IMG/VR virus record: IMGVR_UViG_3300045581_000334
Span: 12,695-76,694 of that record
Length of the DNA: 64,000 bases
Reading direction: 5' to 3' (one strand)
Origin: a virus
Part shown: in pieces, positions 1 to 11,200 of the stretch
Layout: each line of letters starts with the position of its first letter
Position numbering within the stretch: position 1 is the stretch's first letter
Position numbers and translations under genes: made by a program
Notes under the pieces: model-generated
The model's input: the letters and a program-made list of their open reading frames with translations, nothing else
Databases searched by the model: none
What the model was told of the DNA's origin: nothing

Positions 1-123
1 ATAAACCCAGGCAAAAGTTAAACCATAATCCGTATCTGGCACAAACCCAGTAAAAACTAAATCAATATACTTACCATCAGAAGATTTAGTTTGAGTGGGA
101 TCTAGGTCAAAAAAATTAGCCAT
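1..123 (-). CDS. Partial tail protein (5' end; runs off window)
   Basis: ATG at 123, 2 nt after the stop of 126..983. Open to position 1 (MANFFDLDPTQTKSSDGKYIDLVFTGFVPDTDYGLTFAWVY). Confidence 0.6.
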   Translation of the reverse strand, partial: MANFFDLDPTQTKSSDGKYIDLVFTGFVPDTDYGLTFAWVY

Positions 124-125
124 TG

Positions 126-983
126 CTATGCACCAAAGTCTAAGTCCAATTTATATTCTATAATTAATTCTCTACCTGCAACCTTTTCTACTTCAGCTAT
201 ATTAGATCTTGCTATCATTCCATATGCTGGATCAAATGTGTCTTCGTCATTAACCCTAAGTCCATCTACGGTAATAGATGTTGCGGAAGTAGTAGGAACC
301 ACCACAATTCCTAATTTACTAATAGATGATCTTTGTGGATTTCCAACAGCTGTCATATCTGCAAATGCAACATCTTTTATATTCCATCCAACAGAATGCC
401 CTGTAAAATTAAATTCAAAATAATCAGATTCAGAGCTATACATTCTTACCTTAACTGAAGAAAGATTTGCGTCATTTGCCTTATATGAAAATGATATTGT
501 GTCAAAATTGCTGTATCCAGAAATATCAAAGCTTGGAATTATAGCAACATATTCTTGTTGAGATGTACCGTTTGAATCTAAATCTAAAGAGCTATTTCCT
601 ACCCTATAATCATTTTCATTTAATGTAGGAGATGGGCTCCATTCAAATGAGGATTCAAATGTAGTTATAAATCTATTGTCATATGAGTTATTAGATATTC
701 TTCTACCAGGATATAATGCTATCTCATTAATTTTACCCGCCAAATTTGTTGGCAACTTGCTACTATAGATTGCTGTATATGTGTATGGGGTTGTAGATGT
801 ATCAACATCTATTCCACCAAACAATACTGGAACACTGTAGAATTCAAATCCTAATCTTGAATTTGTATCGTTTAATGAATACTCAGAATTTGTAGCTATC
901 CCTACAGACAACACCTTATCAAAGAAGGATCTATTGCCAGCAATATAATCAATTAAAAACCTTTTTCCAAATCTAGTTATCAT
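126..983 (-). CDS. Minor tail / baseplate-type protein
   Basis: N-terminal MITxxG motif and EIALY motif typical of tail structural proteins; lies in the tail module. Confidence 0.6.
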   Translation of the reverse strand: MITRFGKRFLIDYIAGNRSFFDKVLSVGIATNSEYSLNDTNSRLGFEFYSVPVLFGGIDVDTSTTPYTYTAIYSSKLPTNLAGKINEIALYPGRRISNNSYDNRFITTFESSFEWSPSPTLNENDYRVGNSSLDLDSNGTSQQEYVAIIPSFDISGYSNFDTISFSYKANDANLSSVKVRMYSSESDYFEFNFTGHSVGWNIKDVAFADMTAVGNPQRSSISKLGIVVVPTTSATSITVDGLRVNDEDTFDPAYGMIARSNIAEVEKVAGRELIIEYKLDLDFGA

Positions 984-1339
984 GCTGTTCCCCCCTGTGA
1001 AACTGGCTTAGTGCTTTTTACCTGAAACTTTTTAACAGGTTCTTCTGTTGATATATAAATTCTCATAGAGACCTTTACTTTTGCAACATTGTTTTCATAA
1101 TAAATTTCTTGACTAATTGGCTTTTGAATGTCGTCTAGTTGAGGTCTGTCTTTTGGAGGCGGAGGTGGTGGAGGTGGTGGAGGTGGATTACCCCCTCCAG
1201 TAGATCCAAATGGGGTAACGATTCCAGCCCTTGTTACATCCTTAACATCTGCCAACCATACTTTATTTAAATAGTATTTATCAATATCATCACCTATGAT
1301 AGGCGTTGATATTCCAGGAACACTATTTTTTTCTGCCAT
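980..1339 (-). CDS. Small tail-module protein with a poly-proline tract
   Basis: ORF with a run of ten Pro (GGGNP10K); TGGTATAAT lies 6 nt upstream of the ATG. Confidence 0.65.
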   Translation of the reverse strand: MAEKNSVPGISTPIIGDDIDKYYLNKVWLADVKDVTRAGIVTPFGSTGGGNPPPPPPPPPPPKDRPQLDDIQKPISQEIYYENNVAKVKVSMRIYISTEEPVKKFQVKSTKPVSQGGTA

Positions 1340-1362
1340 TTATTTATTATACCATTTGAGTA

Positions 1363-4300
1363 TTAAATAGCTCTACAGCTAATACTCGTAGTAACCCCCT
1401 CTAAAAATCCTAATCTTACTCCAGTAACAATATATTTTTTATCTGTATGAGATAAATCTTGAAGCGGGTAGTGTACTCCAATTATGTCTCCTGGCTCAAT
1501 AAGTGGGTTTCCAAACACTTCCATCTCAACACTTCTTCCTTTATTTAATTGTGTTGAAACAATCCAGTCAGCTAATCTTTTCGCATCAGTTTGAGATTGT
1601 ATCCAGCTTGAGTCAAACTGTACTGGATATTTTTTAGCTCTGCTATCTGGGTTGTCTGTTGAATATTCAACGACTCCGCCATCCATAATTGGTGTTCCAA
1701 TAACTTGAAATGTATTATATTCTCCATCATGCAGGTTTACAGTTCCAGAAGTATTATTCATAACTAACATTTCTGCAGTAAACGGCTGAAGTTTATCTGC
1801 CATTATTGTTACATTTTTATTTTGTCCTCTTGATAAGTATAATGGGATTGCTGGATTTGCACTGTCGTATCTGACTTTTATTTTTTTAATTTGTCTTACA
1901 ACTGATCCAAATTCTACAAGGGTTCCGTTTCTAGATTCTCTTGTTTCTCCTGAACTATATATCAAATCGCCAAACAATAGGGATATTGTGTCGTCTGAAA
2001 ATACTCCGTTATACTGATAAGATCCTTTTGAATTTAAAGTAGCATAATCCATTGTTGAAGTAGCATCTTTTTCTTTTATGTCCATGCCATATACATAATC
2101 ATAATAAACTATTCCTTGACCACATAAAAGTCCGACCTTATTTGAAGGAGCCAGAGGCTGGCCATACTTTGCCGCATCATCATCTTCACAATCTATTCTA
2201 AATCCATTAATAAAAATAGTTAGTGTGTTTTTTATTAATACATTAGAACTATTATATGTGGACTTTATTAATACATCTAGATTATAAGACTGAGCTGCAT
2301 AGACTCCAGCAAATTCACTGGCTGCAGAAGTTTGAGATGTTTTTAACTCTCTAGTAACTCCACTAACATTAGTTTTTAAAATTTTAATGTCTTTTGCAGA
2401 TTTAGCTCCAGCTGTAGTGGAAATAATAATGTGGTACCCTTTCTTGCCAGTATCTCCAGCAAAAACAGTAATACCTCCTACTTGATCAGTTGAATATGAA
2501 TCTTGAAGTCCAGTATCAAATTCATTGTCAAAAAACATTCTGGTTCCCATAGAAAAACAACCTGGCTTATTTGTAATATTCATTCCGTTAAAAGGTATTA
2601 CTCCAGAAGTATAATGAGTTTTGCTTTTATCAAAATTTGTAATTGGCAAGAAAGCCTTACCTATCTTTGGAGCCTTTGCTTCCCACGAGTTCTTAGCAGA
2701 ATTATATAGGCTGGTTAAGCTTCCTTTAAAGGGCGGTTCATTGGCTACAGTTAAGTCTACTGGTCCATATGTAGGAACACCATAACTAGAAATTACTTCA
2801 TGTGACTTGGCGCTTGTTCCTAAAGCACCTCTCTTTTTAATTTTATACCTTCCTGTTGGCTTAAAGGTATTTATATTTTGTGCATCTGTCACAGCTAGAG
2901 AATAGTGTTTCCAAAAATCTGAAGAATCTTTAACCACTACTGTTGCTCTTGTAGAATCAGATTGTTTATAATAAGAAAATTCAATGCCTTCGTATTCTAT
3001 AATTTCAGTATTTATTAAAAGATATCCTGAAAAGTCTGGAACAATTAAATACTCATCTATTAGCTGATCAACGCTTTGTAGATTAAGAGAAATAAAGTCA
3101 GCTTCAGATGCCGTTAAATTTTGAGACAATGTTCCAGCTGCTAGTGCATCGTCTGATGATATCCAGACAGGTGCAGCATTATTGGCAACATATCCACTGG
3201 TTCCAGGGGCTGACCACAAAACCTTTACGGAATTTCCAGCAACCTTTTCTTTTTTATTTAACCTAATAATATTTGGTATGTAGGAAACTGATCCCCCAGA
3301 CGATATGTCTTCATTGGTAAAAATCCAATCTTGAACTCTGGTTGGACTGTATATTGAATCTCTTGTATAAATTTGTAAAGTATCATTATTGTCTACAAAC
3401 ATATTTATCTGTGCGTCTCTACATAATGCCTGTAATGATTCCCACACAGTTTCCCCATCTTTTGTCCAAAAATATCTAATCGTAGGAACTGATGTGTCAT
3501 TTTCAATAATATTAATATTATAGTTTGTAAATCCAATTGACTCTAATACTCTTCTTATGATTGCAGTTACTGGAGTATCTTCAACTAATAATAGTGGGGC
3601 AATAGTGTCTTGTAATATTTTACTTGAATCAAGGCATCTTATTGAAGCCGATCCAAATTCAGACAACGACCAATCTACCATATAATATTTACCCTGTGGG
3701 ATTTTAACATCATTGGTTCCATCGTTAACAACAATATATGGCTCAACAATTGCATTTTTGTCAAGGTATATCTTAGATGAGTCAAAGGATTGGTTTCTAT
3801 TATATTCTGTTATTGTGTTGTCCGCCTCATTAAATTTTGTTATATTAATGCTTAATAAATTTGATGTTAAGCTTCCGACTGGCAAAATAGAATCATCATC
3901 TATAGTTGTCTGTTTTTCAATATCAAAATTTTGAATGTCTGAACTTATATCTATTACCCATCTAGGACTAAACTCGATAACTCCTATAAATTTACCAGTG
4001 TTAGAATTACTAGCAGTAAGGTTTATTTTTTTAAATGATTGAGTACTTGTGTAAGAAGTTGGTGGAGTTTTTGACCAAGTGGTTCCATTATAATATATTG
4101 CAGCTTGTCCATTTTGCAAATCAGACGAGCTTCCAGTAACAGATATTGTGGTGTTATCAGATTTAGTTGCAGTAATTGTCCAACTAGTTGGCGTATCATG
4201 ACCCGTTTCAAATCTTGCAATAATTTTGTTACAGGGAAATAGTTTTACAGCAGGAGTTTCTTGATTATCAAAATATTCTATGTCTATATTTATGGGAGCA

Positions 4301-4677
4301 TTCTTTGGCCCCACCCAATATTTATAAGATGAGTCTGGTCCTGGATAATATAATCTTGGCTTAGTTGGCATTCCAATAGATCTTGGGCTCTCAAAAGAAT
4401 TCTTTGGGGTGTCTGTTTGATCTCCATAAGGAGACAATTGAGAAGTATAAATATAATATTTAATTCCTGGTCTTAATGGCCTGTTAGCCGAGTATATTGT
4501 ATCTATTGGAAATAAATTTTTAAATGCATTAGATAGCGCATGGTCTGTTCCGTTAGATTTGGCTACAATTTTATCTATCATTAAATTTAAATTATATTCA
4601 ATGGTTCCGCCCGTTGAAACTTGAATTGAATTATTCTTTTTAAATAAATTCTGAATTGTACTTGAGGCGGTTATCAT
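1363..4677 (-). CDS. Large minor tail protein (tail tip/hub-like)
   Basis: 1104 aa, second gene after the tape measure. C-terminal GNPLIEPGDII...YIVTGV motif is typical of hub/Tal proteins. Confidence 0.75.
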   Translation of the reverse strand: MITASSTIQNLFKKNNSIQVSTGGTIEYNLNLMIDKIVAKSNGTDHALSNAFKNLFPIDTIYSANRPLRPGIKYYIYTSQLSPYGDQTDTPKNSFESPRSIGMPTKPRLYYPGPDSSYKYWVGPKNAPINIDIEYFDNQETPAVKLFPCNKIIARFETGHDTPTSWTITATKSDNTTISVTGSSSDLQNGQAAIYYNGTTWSKTPPTSYTSTQSFKKINLTASNSNTGKFIGVIEFSPRWVIDISSDIQNFDIEKQTTIDDDSILPVGSLTSNLLSINITKFNEADNTITEYNRNQSFDSSKIYLDKNAIVEPYIVVNDGTNDVKIPQGKYYMVDWSLSEFGSASIRCLDSSKILQDTIAPLLLVEDTPVTAIIRRVLESIGFTNYNINIIENDTSVPTIRYFWTKDGETVWESLQALCRDAQINMFVDNNDTLQIYTRDSIYSPTRVQDWIFTNEDISSGGSVSYIPNIIRLNKKEKVAGNSVKVLWSAPGTSGYVANNAAPVWISSDDALAAGTLSQNLTASEADFISLNLQSVDQLIDEYLIVPDFSGYLLINTEIIEYEGIEFSYYKQSDSTRATVVVKDSSDFWKHYSLAVTDAQNINTFKPTGRYKIKKRGALGTSAKSHEVISSYGVPTYGPVDLTVANEPPFKGSLTSLYNSAKNSWEAKAPKIGKAFLPITNFDKSKTHYTSGVIPFNGMNITNKPGCFSMGTRMFFDNEFDTGLQDSYSTDQVGGITVFAGDTGKKGYHIIISTTAGAKSAKDIKILKTNVSGVTRELKTSQTSAASEFAGVYAAQSYNLDVLIKSTYNSSNVLIKNTLTIFINGFRIDCEDDDAAKYGQPLAPSNKVGLLCGQGIVYYDYVYGMDIKEKDATSTMDYATLNSKGSYQYNGVFSDDTISLLFGDLIYSSGETRESRNGTLVEFGSVVRQIKKIKVRYDSANPAIPLYLSRGQNKNVTIMADKLQPFTAEMLVMNNTSGTVNLHDGEYNTFQVIGTPIMDGGVVEYSTDNPDSRAKKYPVQFDSSWIQSQTDAKRLADWIVSTQLNKGRSVEMEVFGNPLIEPGDIIGVHYPLQDLSHTDKKYIVTGVRLGFLEGVTTSISCRAI

Positions 4678-5252
4678 ACCTGCTCCAATGAAATATTAAC
4701 GCTCCAATATGGCTGAAGACCTCTTTTAACTAGAGTGCAATCAAAGCCACTAAATACTACTGTGTATATATTTGAAGTAGAAGAGTTTGCTGCAGAAGCT
4801 GATTCCGATGTATTTATTTTAATTCTAAATGATGTTCTTCCTGCTAAACTTTCATAGAATGTTTTTAGGTCTTCCGCTCCCCAAGCTCCGTCTACTGTTT
4901 CATTTCTAAACGAAGGCAACATTGACCATGAAGTAGAAAACGTTTTCTTGTCTGCAATAATAAATTCTCTTAATGTTCCATTAGCCATTCTTGTAGACTG
5001 CTTAATTCTATTTGTGTTGATAGATAAATCTGATCTATTATGTTCTGTTACTCTTCTAAAAGCTAAAGAGTCTTTGTTAGATACAATTAAATTATTTGTA
5101 GTAGCTACCGAAAGCGGATAAGTTTGGCCTCCAGCTGTTCTATCTGTAGTTTCTCCAGGATATCTAAAAGCAGTTGAGCCTGGAGTCATAAACAGTAGAT
5201 CTTTTGCTTCTATGTATAGGACTGAGCCTTTGGGTAAATTTTCAAAACTCAT
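4674..5252 (-). CDS. Distal tail (Dit-like) protein
   Basis: Directly downstream of the tape measure; RMANGTLR...FSTSWS motif. Confidence 0.65.
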   Translation of the reverse strand: MSFENLPKGSVLYIEAKDLLFMTPGSTAFRYPGETTDRTAGGQTYPLSVATTNNLIVSNKDSLAFRRVTEHNRSDLSINTNRIKQSTRMANGTLREFIIADKKTFSTSWSMLPSFRNETVDGAWGAEDLKTFYESLAGRTSFRIKINTSESASAANSSTSNIYTVVFSGFDCTLVKRGLQPYWSVNISLEQV

Positions 5253-8200
5253 CTAATCACCTTTACTTGTCCGCCCATTTGCAAGTTTCTATTTGACATA
5301 ACTGCAAACACTTCTTGTGCTGCTGCTCTAGCTAATGCTCTTTCATCCATTCCTGGAGCTGCATTAATAACTATATCACCTATTGTAACATTACCCATTA
5401 CTGGACCAGCTGTAGAGTACATTCTTCTTGGAGGGTTTCCAACAGTTCCTCCAGTTGCAAATCTAGGTATTCTTATATCTGTGCCCTTAAACAATCTAAA
5501 TCCGCCCATGTATTTAGAATTTTCAGTAAGCTGTGGATTTGCCTTTATAATACTATTTAAGGAAACTCCAAATCTTCTTGCTATTCCAAATAATGTATCT
5601 CCTCTGTTAACAGAGTAATCTTTTGCATTTCCTAAATTATGTGGTGCAAGGTCTCCGCCTACAAGGTCTGTTGTTTTTGTTGCATCTCTATAATCTGGTC
5701 TTCCGAAGCCTCTTGTATATATACCAGCTCTAGGATTATATGGACCAAACTTTCTATTCTTTACTGCAACCATTCCACCATTTGTTTGATTTGACCCTGA
5801 AGTATTTCCTTCAATTGTTCTTATAACATTCTTGCTAACTATTCTAGAAACTAAACCAACATGGTCTGTTATATTTTTATTTCTTCCAAAGTCAAAGAAG
5901 ACTAAATCTCCTGGTTCTGGGTTTTGATATAGCCTCTTCTTGGACCTAAATGATGAGTATCCAGCTGCAGTTCCAACAACATTTGGAATTTTAACTCCAG
6001 CTAAACTTGATACCCAATTAATAAATCTACCGCACCATAAATCAAAGGATGGGAGTACTCTAGATATTGCTCCTGTAAGAGCTTTAGCCACTGGATTGTT
6101 GGTTGCCTTTTCTATATAACCAATCGCCTTTTCCGCAACTCTGAGCATTGCAGACTTAGTTCCCATTTCTAAATTCATTCCAAATATGTTTTTAAGATCT
6201 GGATCTCCGCCAGCTCCAAATCTACCTACAGGGCCACCATCTTTCATTCTGTTCAAGCGGTCTAAATTTTCATATCCTATGTTGGCAGCAGAGGCAGCAT
6301 TTATTACATACTCTCCATTAGAAAGCATTGCTGGAATAGAATCTGATGTTCCAGTTCCAGGCCCAGTAACTGCTCCACCTGTAACAAAATTCTTTACCCT
6401 ATTTCCTTTAGTTTTTAATACATCGCTATAGTCATAAACTTCACCAGTACTTCCTACTGGAGAAGCATATCTTTTACCCTTATAGGTAAATACGTTATAA
6501 ACTATTCCGTCTATCTGAACTCTTTCTGGTTGCTTTGCTCCTGCCTCAGCATCTCTAGCAGCAGTATAAAGATCCTTAGATTTAGAGACATCTTTAGGTT
6601 TTGTTCCTGGGTTTACGGTTACTCCAGCAGATCCTGTTGGGGTAAATTGATTGCCCATATCTCTGCTTATGGATTCTGCTAATTGCTTAATAGTCATTCC
6701 GCCAGTAATTAGCATAGCTTGAGATCTCACTAACTCTAAATCTCTATTAAGGACATCCCCCATTTTTCCTTTAGTAAATACACTATTTAACTGTAATCCT
6801 GTCTTGGGATCATATGTTGGGGCTTGAGATACTGAATCAAAATTTAAAGCTTTTCCAGAACTATCAAAGAATTTTCCAAAGGCTTTCTTGATATCTCCAG
6901 CAATATCAAATCCCTTATTTCCTTTTGTTACAAGGCCAGCTGCCTGTATCTCTTTCACTAAAGACTTTAATTGATTGTCTGTTTGTCTTTGTGCATCTAC
7001 TCTTAGTTTAGGATCTTGTATAAATTCATTTGTTTGTTTTTGTAAAAGTAAATCTTTATACTGCTGTGTGTAATTTTGTATTTTAGCCATAGCTTCTTGA
7101 GCTCTGGCAGCTTCAGCTTGAGCATCTTGAAACTCTCTTTGTCTCTTCTTTTCTTCTTCTGCATTTTTCTTTTGTTGATCTTGTAAAGCTTTTTCTTTTC
7201 TTGCAGCGTCTTCTTGAATAGCTAATCTGGCTTGCTCTGCCTGGTATGTCTTTTGTAATTGAATTAAATCTAAACGTGCTCTTTCAGCAGTTTGGAAGTC
7301 ACCCTTTGCAATAGCTGCTTGGTAATCTAGTCTTGCTTTTTGTATTTGTAGTTCATACGATTCTCTTTTTTCAGTGGCATCCAAAGCTTTTAATTTCTCA
7401 TTAGCAGCTTCTCTAATTAAATCTATTTGCTTCTGAAGTTTCTCATTTTGATCTTCCGCTGCACGTGAAGCTTTTTGTTGAGCTAAAGCGGCCTCTCTTC
7501 CAGTCTTGTCGATTATAGATTGTAAATTTGCCATGGTGAAACCAATTTGTTTAAAGGTTCCATCCATTCCAGAAAGTCCAAGACCAGTACTGAATGCTTT
7601 CTTTCCAGCATCAATTAGTTTATCTTGAGCTGCAGTAAATGCTGTTAAATATCTATCAAGCTGGGCTGCTGTTTCAGAACTTAATCCCTTAAGGTCTACC
7701 TGTACACCTTTAACATAAAGTCTCCACTTTGCGTATATTCCTGCAATAGTATCGCTTTCTTTAGCAATTGCCTGTAACTCTGATGGAAGTTTTTGGAATG
7801 CTTCTATTCCTACAACTTGATCAAATCCCTGAGACTTCATCTTATTTGTAACTTCAACTAAGGCTGCATATTCTCCCTTAACTTCTCCAAGAGCATTCTT
7901 TTGGCCAGATATTGAAACTATTGACTTATCAGTTAAATCAATTACAGAACTCATTCCTTCTATAACTTTAGTCTTATACTGATCTACTTCCTTATCTCCA
8001 GCCTTAATTGTTTGAGATAAATGTTTTACAGAATACTCTGCAGCAGTTGATGAATCTTTTACGCCTGCAAATGCTGAATTAGTCATAACATTTATAGCCA
8101 ATTTAGAATTCTTTGATGCTGCTATCATTCCCATTATTTTCTTATTAGCTTCTTCTACGCTCATTCCAGCAGCAATAAATTGAGCTTTTATATTTGTAGC

Positions 8201-11200
8201 AAGCTCTGCAATATTACTTGCATCTGCTCTATCAAATGATGCTACGAACTCTCCCATATTTTCTTTAGCAAATTCTTTAGCCTGCTTTAATTCTTCCATT
8301 GACATATTTAATCCAGAAATTCCACCCATTCCAGATTTGCCAGCATTTTGTAATTGAGTTTGTCTTTGTGCAATAAGCTTCATCTTATCTGCAAGACTTG
8401 TATATTGAATTCCTGCTTGCTCCGCCGCCTTGGCATTCATTCCAAATCTTAACTGTGCGTCTCTATTCCATTCACGTGTTTTCTTTATAAGTACGCCTAT
8501 GCCTACAGTCAATGCTGCTATTCCAGCTAGCGGACCAACAAATAGAGCTTTAGATAAAACTACACGGAGTACATTCATAACTTTTGCAAACGTGCTTGCA
8601 GAAGCTCCAGCTGATGAGAATGCCCCCTTCATCGCAGTAAGGCCTTTTCCTACTCCAGCAATTCCTTTACCAATTCCAGGCAACATCATTGGCAACATAG
8701 ATCCGCCCATCATGACTGCCATACCTAATCCAGTTTGTCCTTTTGCCATTAATGCAGAGCCTGCTGCCATTCCAGCCATGCTTGCGCCCATATTCATTCC
8801 CATGCTTGATCCACCACGAGACATTGCTCCCTGGAATCTTTGCATTGCAGTTGGCGCACTTAATCCAGCAGCTCTTGCTGCAGAAGCGGACATCTGCGTT
8901 ACTTGTCCAGTCGCAGAATCTCTTAATGCAATCTGCTCTCTTCTAAATCCTAAAGGTCCAGCTTTTCTAGAAAGAACTTCCTTTCCGTCATGCATACGCA
9001 TAGCACCTTCAGCGCCAACCTGTGGTGTCCAAGCAGTTAAACCTACTGGACCTATATATCTCTGTAAAGCATTTTTAGCTCCAGCTAAATGTTGTAAATG
9101 AGGTGGAAGCATTGATGGGGTAGCATTATAATAACCCATCTTTGCAAAATCATGAGTAGCTCCCCTTCTTAGTATTTGTGTAGTTTTATCAATTCCTCTT
9201 TTTATAATAGCTGCTGAATCTGTTACATAAGATTTCATTCCGTTAGCGAGTGACACTCCTGCAGATTTAAATGACGCCACTGCATATTTGGCAGAAGCAA
9301 GACTTTGAATTGCTAAAGCATTCATTCCTTGTTTAAGGGCTACGCCAGCATTTTTAATTACAGCCTGCATGTATTGTGCTTGCTGAGCGAGTCTACTTGT
9401 GAATGGGTCTATTAATGAGCTTCTAAGATATGCTCCTGGATTGTAAAAGCTTGTAGTTCCTTGTCTAACTGCTTCTCTACCAAGTCCTGTAGTTAATGCT
9501 TGTTGACCATAAATTTGATGAGATGCAGCACGAGATCTTTCGGCTTCCATTTCTCTAATTCGTTTTTGACGTTGCTCGGCTTCCCATTTTGCTCTTGCTG
9601 CAGGATTTCCTGGTCTACCGTAATTGCTTCTTCCAGAAACAATTCTGCCTCCTCCAATTAATCCTCCACGATTAAATGCTGGGTTTGCATGAATTGGTTG
9701 ATACTTACTCCAATTAACATTCATTCCATCTTCAAGTCTTGAAAGCATTGAAATATATGGAGCTCTGTCTGACTCTGGTAAAGAATTTATAAATGCTCTA
9801 AGTTTCGGATGCATTGCTTTCATTGCAGCCTTCATCTTGGCCCCATATTGTCTTGGAGACATTCCTGCTGCAACTGGAGCTGTATTATATGCAAAATCTT
9901 TTCTAGCGCCACCACGAACAGCAAGTAGGTTTATCATTGCCTGCTTTTCCATTGAATTCATTGATGCTGCGTATTCTGTATTCATGGAGGCTCTTGGGAA
10001 AACCCCTGCAGGACCAACGTCAGCTAATACATTTCCAAAAACATTAGACTTTGACAAATCTTTATTTCCAAGCAAGAGGGATGCTATTGTTTGTCTAATC
10101 ATTTGATCTTCTGTAAACTTAGTTCCACCTGCTGCAAATTTTGGATCAAATGGTGACTCCAATCCCAGCAACTTACTCTTTCCGCTTGGGTCATAAGGAT
10201 TTTTTACAGCTCTTACAGTTTGAACTGGAGAGTCTAATCCAAAAACTTCTCTTGACATTCTTGTTCCATACATTTCAGATTTAGCAGTTATTGCATTTGG
10301 AACACCTTTTAAGAAAACTAATTCTCCATTTTCGTTTCTATAAACTCCAGAAACTCCAGGAATAGGATAGCTCTTTCCAGAACTTGGTGCAATTTGATGA
10401 CTATATGGAGTTACAGGAAGGTTAGAGAATTCTCCTAAAGATTTCTTTGAGCTAAGTTGTTTTGATGTGTTTAATACTCTAAGTATTTTTTCTGGAGTTA
10501 AAAGAGGAACAATGTTTCCATAGTTACGTCTTCCACCTGATATTGATCCTCCAGGAATACTACCTCCAGAATTAAATGATGCAAGAACTGGGGTCATAAT
10601 AGGAGGTCTTCCTCTTGGAACCATAACCCAACGTTTTCTTTCAGTTATTGCTTGCAACAACATCTTCAAAGACTGCTTCTGTTGTGGTGTCGCCCTAGAT
10701 GGCAATGCCTTTCCAGCTTTTATGTCGGCAAGTTCTTTTTTACTTGGGAATCTATTTCCTGGATCAGACAATGCCACAGCAATGTCATCTAACGTTGTCA
10801 TTCTAGACATTCCAGCTTTCTTAATCATATCTGATAATGATTCCTCAGCGTCTGCCTTTGTTAAGTGTAAAACATCTCCTCTTAGTTTAATTTGATCTAG
10901 TCTATTCATCAAAGAGTTTAGTTCTGAATCAATTACCGCAGCGACTCCCATGTGTCCACGTGTGGCATGCCCTACTTGATCATGTCTCAATAAGTGGCCT
11001 CTTGCTACACCGACCTTTGTTCCTTGATCATCTCTCATCTCTAAATATGGAACTCCGCCTGTATTTAAAACTTTTGGATCAAATAATTTCATTTGTTTCA
11101 ATTCATTTGAGACATTTGCAAATCTTGGATCATCAGCCATAAATTTCTGCAACATAAATATATGTTTATTTAAAGCTGAACTGCTTGGAGTTCTTGTTGC

